The notes beneath the pieces were generated by a model. It saw only the letters and a program-made list of their open reading frames with translations. It did no database searches and was not told where the DNA came from. The position numbers and the translations under genes are program-made. From Heptranchias perlo (taxonomy: Eukaryota): 64,000 bases of DNA. Numbering within the stretch: position 1 is the first letter of the stretch; the number at the start of each line of letters is the position of its first letter. The DNA is taken from positions 80,910,001 through 80,974,000 of the forward strand of contig NC_090332.1 in assembly GCF_035084215.1 (NCBI RefSeq), written 5' to 3'. Shown here piece by piece: positions 12,880 through 24,738 of the stretch.

Positions 12880-14185
12880 AATAAACATGGCTGTTATTAG
12901 TTAATACTGAGGAAGATGACTACAAAGTACATGAAGACGTTAATAAACTTGTAGAATGGACGGGTAATTGGCAAATTAAATTCAATATAGTTAAGTGTGA
13001 GGTGATGCATTTTGGTAGGAAGAATAAGGAGGCCAAATACTTCTTGGAAAATAAGAGTCTAAATGGGGTAGAGGAACAAAGGGATCTAGGGGTACAAATA
13101 CACAAATCACTAAAAGTAGTGATGCAGGTTAATAAGGCCATAAAAAAGCAAACAAAGCTCTGGGGTTCATTTCTAGAGGGATAGAATTGAAAAATTGAAT
13201 TGAATTGAATGTTAAACTTGTATAGAGCCATAGATAGACTACACTTAGAGCATTGTGCAATTCTGGTCTCCATATTATAAAAAGGATGTTCGAGGATTTT
13301 GACCCAGCGATGATGAAGGAATGGCGATATATTTCCAGGTCGGGATGGTGTGTGACTTGGATGGGAACGTGCAGGTGGTGTTGTTCCCATGTGCCTGCTG
13401 CCCTTGTCCTTCTAGGTGGTAGAGGTAGCGGGTTTGGGAGGTGCTGTCAAAGAAGCCTTGGCGAGTTGCTGCAGTGCATCCTGTGGATGGTACACACTGC
13501 AGCCACTGTGCGCTGGTGGTGAAGGGAGTGAATGTTTAGGGTGATGGATGGGGTGCCAATCAAGCGGGCTGCTTTGTCCTGGATGGTGTTGAGCTTCTTG
13601 AGTGTTGTTGGAGCTGCACTCATCCAGGCAAGTGGAGAGTATTCCATCACACTCCTGACTTGTGCCTTGTAATTGGTGGAAAGGCTTTGGGGAGTCAGGA
13701 GGTGAGTCACTCGGCACAGAATATCCAACCTCTGACCTGCTCTTGTAGCCACAGTATTTATGTGGCTGGTCCAGTTAAGTTTCTGGTCAATGGTGACCTC
13801 CAGGATGTTGATGGTGGGGGATTTGCCGATGGTAATTGCCATTGAATGTCATGGGGAGGTGGTTAGACTCTCTCTTGTTGGAGATGGTCATTGCCTGGCA
13901 CTTGTCTGGCACGAATGTGGAACTTGCTACCACAAGGAGTAGTTGAGGCAAATAGCATAGATGCATTTAAAGGGAAGCTAGATAAACACATAGTAGGATA
14001 CATAGTAGGATACACAGAAGGAGGCCATTCACCCCATCGTGCCTGTGCTGGAAGGGAGAAAGGAATGGAAGGTAATGCTGATAGGGTTAGATGAAGAGGG
14101 GTGGGAGGTGGCTCGTGTGAAGCATAAACATGGACCAGTTGGGCCGAATGGCCTGTTTTTCTGCTGCACATTCTATGTAATTCTA
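12880..14185 (+). mobile_element. CR1 3' fragment split by an inserted LINE
   Basis: KCEVMHFGRKN...EQRDLGV and WNLLPQGVVEANSIDAFKGKLD; TTCTATGTAATTCTAT tail. Confidence 0.85.
13290..13915 (-). mobile_element. Non-LTR retrotransposon RT C-terminal fragment (family distinct from the local CR1)
   Basis: ORF 13447-13842: IDQKLNWTSHI...YKAQVRSVMEYSPLAW...IQDKAARLI. Clade not resolved. Confidence 0.75.
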
Positions 14186-15037
14186 TATTTGTAATTCTCT
14201 GAGTCACCACGAATTATGAGGTTGGTGACATTTTTTAAGGTTAATTTTAGTGTAAAGCTTGTTATATACTCACCGGTGATCAAGACTCACAAATCATGAC
14301 AGGACATTGAATGGCCATGTTAAACTATTATTCAGTCAAATACTGGTAAATCATGTCGTGTAATATTTTTTTCTATGTACTGTCATTCTGGTCTTGTAAG
14401 TTAGCAAGATGCACTAATATGTCTATTGCTTTAAAATGGGACAATATTGGGAAGCTCGGCGAGGTACTGACTGCCGGTCATGTTAGCGCTAACCACAATG
14501 GCTTCTTAATACTAGAACTTGGAAAAATGATCAATTATATGTCTGCTTTAAGCTAGAAGAGGCAATAAATTACTATCTTCAACTACTTCAGTTTGAAGTC
14601 TGGATTCAGCCCTTCAATTTGAGGAGATTAAACTCAGGTGCGATCATTGTCATCTGTGCAAACTCCATACTCCCTCACATTTATTCTCTAATAATGGAAA
14701 TTACTCTGGTAAGAGCACTCTTGTAGGAGTCAAAAGCAATGGGTCTGACTGGTTTCTGTTCTTGGTGTTTTATCTGTGATTCCTTAGATTGATGCCTAAT
14801 CATTATCAACTTCAAATATTTTCAAGATCTACTTTGATAAAACAAGGGACTAAAAGCAAGAGTCAAAAATATAGCTGAATCATTTTCTTTTTTCCAAAAA
14901 GCTGAGGTAAAATACTTCCCAAGTTCCTCAATAGAAAGATCATTCGAAAAACTGTAATGCACATTACTGGTATTGCTTAAAGTTGGTAAAATTGCCTCAT
15001 ATCTCTCAACTAATATTTTGCATAGTTTTATTAGATT

Positions 15038-15340
15038 AAAAACAGAAAAGGCTGGAAAAAAAACATTCAGCAGGTGAGGCAACATCCATGGAAAGAGAAA
15101 CAGAGTTAACGTTTCAGGTCGATGCCCTTTCATCAGAACTGGAAGATGTTAGGGATTAACAGCTTTTAAGTAAGTATAGAGCCAGGGGAGATGGTGGTGG
15201 AGAGGAACGAACAGGGTGGAGGGCAGGAGTGATTAAATGATAAAAAGGGATGATGGTGCAAGGCAAAAGGAGGTGGTAATGGGACATGTAAAGAAACAAA
15301 GGATGAGTCCAGAGGAGATGTAAATGGTTTCAGCAGAATA
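15038..15340 (-). mobile_element. Non-coding hammerhead-containing repeat (Penelope-type 3' end or retrozyme-like)
   Basis: Same sequence as 42914-43043 in the opposite orientation; a degenerate third copy lies at ~2570-2650. Confidence 0.7.
15104..15140 (-). ncRNA. Minimal type I hammerhead ribozyme motif
   Basis: Minus strand: AGTT CTGATGA A AGG-GCATCGA-CCT GAA ACGT T AACT. Confidence 0.75.
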
Positions 15341-17697
15341 GCAGAGGGGGAAGGGAAGCATGGAAAATCTGTCAAAGAGGTCATAGAGTCATAGAGTCAT
15401 AGAGTTATACAGCACGGATAGAGGCCCTTCGGCCCATCGTGTCCGCGCCGGCCATCAGCCCTGTCTACTCTAATCCCATATTCCAGCATTTGGTCCGTAG
15501 CCTTGTATGCTCCCATGGCCCAGGAATGTGTCGGAGAAAGGTGGGTAGACCCCAGGGATCTGTCCACCCCACCGGCCATGTACTGATAGGGGATCTCCAC
15601 CCCAAGTACCAACCCTAAATCTTATTAGATTACATTGCTACAAAATCAGAATCCACTGGAAGTGAGTCATATTCTATTGCTTTGGAAATCATGGCCTTGT
15701 TTTGATTCACTAGGTGTTCCGAGATGAAAAATAAATCGTTTCTTACATCGTAATATCTTAAGTTGAACCTACTTCTAACAGAATAACAAATGATTCAACC
15801 TAATAAAAATACTTGTGTTGTTACTATTTGATCAGCTAGTACGCTTATCAAATTTCCCTTGTGATTGGAGTTTCACTCCTGAGGTCATCGGCTCTCGCTC
15901 TGTTCCTTACAATTACAATTTCAAGCCTCTTATGTGCCAACAAATCACAGCTTTGTAGTTTCTCTCGCGGAAGAAGGAGAGAGAGAATCCTCCCATTGTC
16001 CTGGCCAACATTTCTCCCTCAACCAATGCCACCAAAAGCAGGTGAACTGATCATTGCCCTAATTTGTTGGTTACGGGATCTTGCTGTGTGCAAGTTGGCT
16101 GTTGTGCTTGCCTAGAAAACAATAGTGACTACACTTCAAAAAGTAATTCATTGTCTGTGAAGCATTTTGGAACATCTTAGAATGTGCTAAAAGTGTTAGA
16201 TAAATGTATTTATTTTTCTTTCTTCTATTTCCTCCCCCACCCCCCGTAATTATGATTCGAGAAGACCTGCAGAAAATCAAGAGTATTGAAAGCCGCGTGT
16301 TTAGTCTGTAAAAAGATGATATTTATCTAGAGCTGCTAAACCAGAGTAATCATCACTAGACTGCAGTACCCAGAGGAATATGGTGGGAAGATACATGGTG
16401 AAGAACCATCTTGTTTTAGATCTAGTATGTGGTTCATGTGTGAATCATACAGGGGATATAAGCACTAGAGACTATTTTATCTGAGAGAATGATTTGTGTT
16501 TTACAGCCTATTCTTTCATATTACAATTCTATGGAGGCTCTTGAGAATGATTTAGGACTTTTGCTGGCGTTGCTGTTTCTTTGGGTTATTCTCTTATCTG
16601 CTCGATGTTTTCATGGCGAGAGACATACAATAGTTTATGATACCCCTAACAGTAACAGTAACAGATGTGGATATCACAAAATATGGATTTATGAAACACA
16701 ATTACCAGTCTGCCATCTGAATCTATCAGATGCAAAATAAAATTAGATTTATTTACTTGTAATAAAAAAGCGACTGTCAATCAGGTTAAAAATTGTCAAT
16801 TGAGGCAAGAAAGGCCTGAATATTTTGCACAAATAATTTTATCACATCTTAGTGACATTTTTCAGAGCAGTATTCTGAGATTTATTCTGTTTGTACCAGC
16901 ATGCCAGAACCCTTCATGTATGATTTATGCATTGCTGACTGGTATGTGGAAATTTCACGACATGATGAAATTCAGCTTCAAGAAGTTTTAATTCATCGAT
17001 GAAGGAATTGAAGATTTTCATTCCATACAAAGAGGTAATGATTCATTCAGATGGCTCAAAGTCTTCTGTTGCAATCACACCCTTCGCTTGTTGGGATCCC
17101 CCAATGGCTCAGTCGGTGAATGGATCACCTGGTGTATCACTGCACCATACTGTTAAAGACAATCCCACATTTCAACCCTGATCTGTGTTGAATTAGCTGA
17201 GCTTTAATGGTATAATGCTGAGCGTGCAGAATAAATACATTCCCCCGACCAACACGTTCTGATCGAGCAAACGTGACCCTGAATGGATTAACAAACAAAG
17301 TAAAAGTGAGATGAAGAGGAAAAAATGGCCTGTACAAATCCTGTAGGGAGAAAGGAGAAGGGATTTACTGGGATGAATATGAGACAGTAAAGAAGCAGGT
17401 TAAGAGGATGATTAGAGGGGCAAAGAGAGATCTGGAAAAAGACATACGCTCTGATTTTAACCTTGCCTGCCTAGCGCAAATGTGCAGATGAGGGGTTAAA
17501 ATGGTGGTTGGTTGCTATGCATTACGTTCCTGACCCCGTCCCCCACACCATTTTAACCTCCAGGTTTTCACAAGCATCAAAACAGGCGGGGGGCTCTTGC
17601 ATATTGAAACAAGATCTACCCCTATGTCTTTCAGCAGGTCTTGGGTACCCTGGAGGGGAAAAATACCTCCTCACTTACTTTACTATGTTACTAGAGA

Positions 17698-17817
17698 AAT
17701 GTAAGGAATCTTACAACACCAGGTTATAGTCCAACAATTTTATTTTAAAATCATAACCTGGTGTTGTAAGATTCCTTACATTTGTCCGCCCCAGTCCATC
17801 ACCGGCATCTCCACATC
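17698..17817. mobile_element. Penelope micro-insertion with inverted arms
   Basis: 13-bp TSD ATGTTACTAGAGA (17685-17697 and 17818-17830); ~30-bp inverted repeat plus a 35-nt tail. Confidence 0.85.
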
Positions 17818-18574
17818 ATGTTACTAGAGAGAAGTGGAGGGAGTGAATAAGCTCCTGGCAGCCCACTAAAAGCACTCCTTCTCCTGGTGCCTATCTATAG
17901 TCCCTACTGATCCTGTCCTCACTCGACATTCACGCACAGGATCAGCACCAAGCTCAACTTAAATGGCCCACATGGTCGAACAGCAACCCAAACTTCACTA
18001 ACTAAGTTTCTCAGATTAAGAATTTGTATCTGGGCGAGGTACTGGAAGACTGTGGAACCGTAGCATAATGTGAATCACCAGAAGTGACAAAAATAGTTAT
18101 GTCACTCACTGAGAATGTAACAGTTTACTAAAGGATCATAATATCTAACAGGTGTTCCCATTGAACTGACAATACGGGGGGGAAATGTTAGGTCAGTATG
18201 AGTGACAAAGCTTGCAAACCCATTATAATGCTTGGAGCTGTATTTATTTTTAAAGGTGACGTACATCAGAACAGGTCGCATTTTTAAAACCAAAATGAGG
18301 TTTAGTCAACTTCAAAGGAGCAGCACTTGATAGGCCTGCTTCTAGAGATTTCCTGTATGCAATGGTATGTTTACATTGTGCAGCCAGAACGAACATAACG
18401 ACAGCTGTGCACACACCGTTGTTTTCAAGTCATGAATCATGACTTTGTATCTGGCTGCTGAACTTTCCTCAGTGGCTGGGGAACGTGCACGCAGACTAAA
18501 AGAGTGTAAAACCACTTAGTGGGTTTGGTCAGCCTGCTGGCGAGCAACAGACACATCTTCCACCAGCAAGAACA

Positions 18575-19700
18575 GCAACAACAACTTGCATTTATATAGC
18601 GCCTTTAATGTAGTAAAGCATCCCAAGGCGCTTCACAGGAGCGATTATCAAACAAAATTTGACACCGAGCCACATGAGGAGATATTAGGACAGGTGACCA
18701 GCATCTTAAAGGAGGAGAAAGGGGTAGAGAGGCGGAGAGGTTTAGAGAGGGAATTCCAGAGCTTAGGGCCTAGGCAGCCGAAGGCACGGCCGCCAATGGT
18801 GGAGCGACTAAAATCAGGGATGCGCAAGAGGCAAGAATTGGAGAAGCAGAGAGATCTCAGAAGTTTGTAGGGGTTTGAGGAGGTTACAGAGATAGGGAGG
18901 GGCGAGGCGATGGAGGGATTTGAAAACAAGGATGAGAACTTTAAAATCGAGGTGTTCCCGGCCCGGGAGCCAATGTAGGTCAGTGAACACAGGAGTGATG
19001 GGAGAACGGGACATGGTGCCCGACAGACAGGCACTCGAGGGTGCGGCTTAGTTCCAGAGACTCCTGCTCCCTCCACCCTCACCTCCAACGAAAAGTGTGA
19101 GGAGCTCATGTACTTCTTTGTCACTAAGATTGAGACCATCTGTCCAGCTGCCTCTGTCACTTCCCTCCCTTCCCCTAGCCCACCAAACCAAATTTCCCCT
19201 AACGTTCCCCCCGTCCCAGCTCTGAACTCGCATCTTTTTCTAGTTTCTCTCCTATCTCCCCTCATGCCCTCTCCGAGCTCGTCTTGACCATAAGACCCAC
19301 CTCCTGCTCCCTCGACCCTATTCCCACCAAACTGCTGACCACCCAACTTCCCTTTCTGGCCCCCATATTAGCAGATATTGTTAACGGTTCCCTCTCCTCA
19401 GGTACTATCCCCCTCCCCTTCAAATCTGCCGTCATCCCCCCTCCTCAAAAAACCCACCCTTGACTCCTCTGTCCTTGCAAACTACCATCCCATCTCCAAC
19501 CTCCCTTTCCTCTCCAAAGTCCTTGAACGTGTTGTCGCCTCCCAAATCCATGCCCATCTTTCCCGCAACTCCATGTTTGAATTCCTCCAATCAGGTTTCC
19601 GTCCCTTACACAGTACTGAAACGGTCCTTACCAGAGTCACACATCCTATGTGACTGTGACCACGGTAAACTATCCCCCCTCATCCTTCTCAACCTGAAAA
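18575..19700. mobile_element. L2 LINE with inverted 5' segment (3' end on -, RT N-terminal segment on +)
   Basis: Minus strand: RSPITPVFTDLHWLP...FKVLILVFKSLH and an L2 tail. Plus strand: PTSCSLDPIPTKLL, NYHPISNLPFLSKVLE, QSGFRPLHSTET. Confidence 0.85.
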
Positions 19701-20174
19701 TCGGCCCCATGGTGTTACCATCAAAGGCACCAGTGAAAACCATAGCCAGGATTTTCCACTTTGGTGGAAACTCCACAATGAAGTGGGTTGGACAGTCTTT
19801 GTGCTGCTGACCCTGATAGATTTTCTGGGTTCAGTGGAGCTGGGCTTGCTGTCTGGAACGGCTGAAGAGGGGGATCCATTTTAAAAACAAATTAAATTGT
19901 GTGCTTGTGAAATGCAATTAATTGCCACTCCATCAATTGTACTCCGTAACAATGCCCTTTTAAAATTAAAATCCCCTCCCACACACCATAGCAACGCTGG
20001 GTGTCAGAAACATGCTGGTATTTCTGGTGTTCAGCGTTGCTATGGTGATAATGATGGAAACTGTGACGTATGATATCACTCCATTGTTACCATGCTATTT
20101 GAATAGGCATGTCCATATTTGGGTGGGTGTACTCAACAGCTGCCATCACCTCCGAGGATACAGCGGCCATAGCA

Positions 20175-20540
20175 ATATGGGAACAAGAATAGGCTGGTCA
20201 GCCCCTCGAGCCTGTTCCACCGTTCCATTAGATCATGGCTGATCTGCAAGTCCATTTACCTGCCGTTTCTCCATATCCCTTGATAACCTTACCGAACAAA
20301 AATTTATTGATCTCAATCTTGAAAATTTTGATTGGACCCACACATCCACAGCCTTTTGGGGAGAGAGTTCCAGATTTCCACTACCCTTGATGTGAAAAAG
20401 TGTTTCCTGATTTCACTCCTAAATGGCCTAGCTCTAATTTTAAGATTGTGCCCCCTTGTTCTGGATTCCCCTGCTAGAGGAAATAGTTTCTCAGTATCTA
20501 CTCTATCAAATCGCTTTATCTTTTTAGACACTTCGACCAT
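20175..20540 (-). mobile_element. CR1 3' fragment
   Basis: FDRVDTEKLFPLAGESRTRGHNLKIR...WNSLP. Confidence 0.85.
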
Positions 20541-21029
20541 CTCTTGGGCAGATTTCCTGCTGCCAATGGCCTCAAATTCACTTGAAATCATGCGGTCTCC
20601 CAGTGCGAAATAGGGCTCATGTCTTTCAATAGTTCTTGACCCTTTTGAGGCAAAAGTGCCACCTTATTTACTTCATTGGAGAGAAAGGATGAGAGTAAAT
20701 GTGGTTCAGTACCCAATTAATAGCATATGGTAGATTGTAAAATTCAAACTTTATAGACTATATAAAATACTACAGAGCAGGCAGTTTATTGATGTTTTCT
20801 GGTCTCAATCAGGGTTAACTTTTATTTTTTTATCAACAACAGCAATTATGCTTCAAAAGTAATTCATTGGATGTGAAACACTTTGGGACATCTCCAGGAT
20901 GTGACACAACACTATATAAATGCAAGTTCATTCTTTCTTTAATTTGCAAAATATTACAGCTTTTTTGGCTGAACTTCAATTCCTATGACCAATAAATGTA
21001 CAAAAGCTATTAAGAAGAAAGAAGGAAAG

Positions 21030-21412
21030 AATTTCGAGTTATTTGGCACCGTTCATGACCTCAGTACATCCCAAAGCACTTCACAGCCAATAAAGTACAG
21101 TGCAGTCAGCATTGAAATGTAGGGAAATTTGCACACAGCAAGGACCCACAACAGCAATGAGATAATGACCAGATAATCTGTTTTAGTGATGTTGGTTGAG
21201 GGATAAATATTGGCCAGGGCACTGGGAAGAATTCCCCTACTCTTCTTCAGTAATACTGCCACAGGATTTTTTATGTCCACCTGAAAGGGCAGACGGGGCC
21301 TTGGTTTAAAGTCTTACCTCCAACAATGCAGCGCTCCCTCAGTACTGCACTGGAATGTCAGCCTAGATTTTGTGCTCAAGTCTCTGGAGTGGGACTTGAA
21401 CCCACAACCTGA
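21030..21412 (-). mobile_element. Deu-domain SINE (SacSINE1/AmnSINE-like)
   Basis: Minus strand: B box GGTTCAAGTCC, GTACTGAGGGAGCGCTGCA, TGGCCAATATTTATCCCTCAACCAACATCAC core, L2-like tail. Confidence 0.75.
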
Positions 21413-21863
21413 CACCTTAATAGAGGATAAGGATTGGAAGTGGGTAGGAAGGGAAGAAGGAAGAAACTGTAGGGTTCCCCGAGGGTACTGCCTTGGCAAA
21501 TAAGTTTTCAATATAAATACTTGTTCCAAGGACAACAAGTCGGGGGAGGGCAGCTAAACTCGAATCCCAAAGGCATAGAATAACAACAAGCAGAGATTGT
21601 TCAACGTATGAATGCAGCTGGAGGCTCAGAATAATCCAGGAACTCCCACACCCAGCAAGATTTACACAATATTGATTGCAACTGTCCTGCTATTATAACC
21701 TTTCAAAAATTTATCTAACTTATACTCTACAAAATATTAAAATTCTTAACTTAGAATGCTTGGCACGAAAGTCTAAAAGCAATAAAAAAACTGCAAATGT
21801 AGATTCTCTGGCATGCTAGCAGGGGTGAAGAGTTACTTTCATGAAGAGCGGCTTGAGAGATTA

Positions 21864-22528
21864 GGCCCCCCGATATTAACGGGGAGGCGGGGAGGGTGCG
21901 TGGGAGCGCGATCGCGCGGGGAATACCAGGCAAGGCTGAGGACATGGAGGCCCTGCTGATGTTAACGGCGGGGCCTCATTTAAATAATCTGATGCAGACT
22001 CCTGCCTGACAGCCAGCCAGATTGACAGCCTGGACGGCAGTGCAAACAAGTGGCAGGAGGCCGTAGTCGGGGAGCCGTGGGGATGGCCCCAGCAATGAGA
22101 ACTACATGGAAGCTCTGGGCCATGTTCGGGGCCGGGGAAGGGATGTGGAGAGAAGACAATGGGGGCCGCGATCCAGGTTCGGGAAGGCCGAAGGCTTCCT
22201 TGTGAGCCCTGCGGGGAGCAGTCCTGCTCCTCCTGGCCCACAAGGAGTACTAAAGGGAGCAGATCTATAGCACGTACCTTGGCCAGTCGGCACCTCCTGT
22301 TGCCGGGAATCCCACAACGCAGGCCTCCCCCTCACTCATGGTTAAATTTAATTCATGGCGCCGTTGGTGTAATCAGGCCATGTCTTTGGAATGTTAATTA
22401 GGCCCCCGCCTGCCTTCTGCTGGTTGGGTCAGGTTCCCCGATCCCGATATTTTAACCCCCCCCCCCCGACCCTCTCCTGCCCGTTGGGAGTGGGTGGGGA
22501 GGGAGTGGTGGGGATTAAAATCGAGGCC
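21864..22528. mobile_element. Harbinger-type MITE
   Basis: Ends GGCCCCCCGATATTAAC...TTAAAATCGAGGCC; flanks TTA/TCA; related partial copies at ~51739 and ~62791. Confidence 0.6.
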
Positions 22529-22949
22529 TCACACTTATCTCACTGCAGTTGAAAAAGTTAAGGAGTGGCCTGATAGAAGCCTGCAAGATTATGACGAGTT
22601 CTGATAAGGTAAATTGTGGTAAATTGCTTCCACTGATTGATGAGGCAGAATTGAGAGGACACAAATTTAAGATAATCAAAAAAAGGCTTGAAAGGGGAGG
22701 TTGGAAAAGATTGCTTTATACAGGGCATAGTTAGAACATGGACATAAATTCTATCAAAAGGGATTCAAATAATTGTTCAGAAAAAGGAACACATAAGGAT
22801 ATGAGGACAGAGCAGGATGGTTGGATTATAGCAGGTGGCTTGGGTGGAGAATAACACTGGCATAGACAATGACCAAATGGTCTGTTTCTGGGCTGTAACA
22901 TTCCATGTGAAGGTTCTGCAACTGATGGTAGAGCAGAAGAAAGGGCGTT

Positions 22950-23510
22950 GGAAGATGAATGGTGTAGGAAGGGATCGAAGGCTGGAGAAAGGTTGGAGAG
23001 GTAGGGCGGGCCGATGCCATGAAGGAATTGGAAGACGAGGAAGAAGATTTTGAAATTGATGCAGGATGAGTGACTGGGAGGTCGACAAGGATGGGTGAGT
23101 GGAGTGCATGATAGGATGTGGACAGCGAACTTCTGGATGAGTTGGATGTTTATGTATGATGGAGCTTGGAAGGCCAGCGAGAAGGGTATCAGAAAAATCA
23201 AGCTTGGAGGCAGTAAAGGCGTGGATCAGGGTTTCAGCTGCAGTGGGATAAGTTAGGGGTGGAGGTGGGTGATAGTTTGGAGGTGAAAGTAGACAGTCTT
23301 AGTGATCCACTAGTTGTGAGATTTGAAGCTGATTTTGGGTTGAGCGTGACACTGAGTTTGTAGACCATCAGGTTGAATTTGAGCAGGTAACGAGAGAGGG
23401 AGGATGGGTTGGAAGGGCCAGAGTGTGGAGTTTTTCAGGAGTGGAATAGATTTGCTTTGGCTTTGCCAATGCTTAGCTACAAAAAGTTTTGGATCATCCA
23501 CAGACATGCA
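22950..23510 (-). mobile_element. L2 fragment, old
   Basis: FKIFFLVFQFLHGIGPPYLSNL. Confidence 0.6.
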
Positions 23511-24738
23511 GTAATACCCTACGCACAAGGATGAAGAGGATCCAATACAAATAACAAATTGCAATGAGGATAACGTCTTGTGCAAGGCTTTGTCCTATGA
23601 AAATGTTAACAGACGTTTGGGAAAGTAGATAACTGGAGCAAGAATAACGGAAGTTACACTGTGCTATGAAAAGCAGATTCAACTTTTTTCAAACAGGTTA
23701 AAATTAACTTAACAGAAATGAACAGGAGTAAGTCACGTCCACGGCATCAAGGAAGCTTTATCTCAAATTGACAACATTGTAATTCGTACATTGACAGCAT
23801 GTGAGGACGTGAGTGATTCCAACAAATTCTTCTAATCGCCAAGTATTATTTCCTGAACGCTACTTCCTCTAACGTAAAAGTTTGGTCAGTGATGAGATAC
23901 ATGAGCTGTTGTGTAACTGTAACGTAGTATAGGACATCGCGTGCAAGGCTAGATAGTACAATGGGTCTCAGTGTGCATTGGTGGCATGTTGTTGATAAAA
24001 TAATGGATATGGTACCACAGTCTTATTCCATAATGTATCGAATAAAATTGGGATACCATACCCATTATTTTATTAACAATAAAATGTAAAATAATATCAA
24101 AAATAAACGTAAATTAATCTTGTTGACAAACTTGAAGACATTTTGGCTAGAAGCTGCTTTTCTCTGTAACATGCCTCATTGCCATGGTTTTTATTAACTG
24201 TGGACTGCATTTTTGAAGGGTAGACTGCAATTGCTTACGTTTCAGTATTTCTTCTCATGCTTCTCACTTCTCTTCCTGTCCTCTACCATTTATCTTTCCT
24301 CCCCTCCCCCCCTTACCAACATATTGCTTCCGATTCGGAATGGACTTGCCAGCTGATAAGAAACTGCAAGAAAAGTTCAACAAATAAACTAGAGAGGGAG
24401 TGCAAAATGAATGATAGAGATGTGACTCCAAGAAGAGAACATACAGGCCTTAGATGGAGTGCAAAGCCATTTGTCAGTTGAGTTTCAATATACAAAAATA
24501 TTGTATGTAACTCATAATATCAACAATTAAGCTATTGGAAACTAAATCAGAAGATCTTCCAACTCAAATTTATTTCATAAACATATAACCTCATTGTCAT
24601 CATTCTTGATATGATATTAATTATTAACCGAGACTACTGAATAATCACAACAACTTTAAATGAGGTATCTGTAAGCTCATTAATGTCTGTCAGTCATTGT
24701 TTGTTATAATCTTAGTCAATCTTCTAAAACTGCCTGCC

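Noticed and set aside
14790-14906. Plus-strand exon candidate
   Set aside because: The good acceptor leads to stops in all frames, and the open alternative has weak splice sites.
18102-18293. Minus-strand exon ending at a GTGAGT donor (~18110)
   Set aside because: No pyrimidine-rich acceptor and no recognisable peptide.
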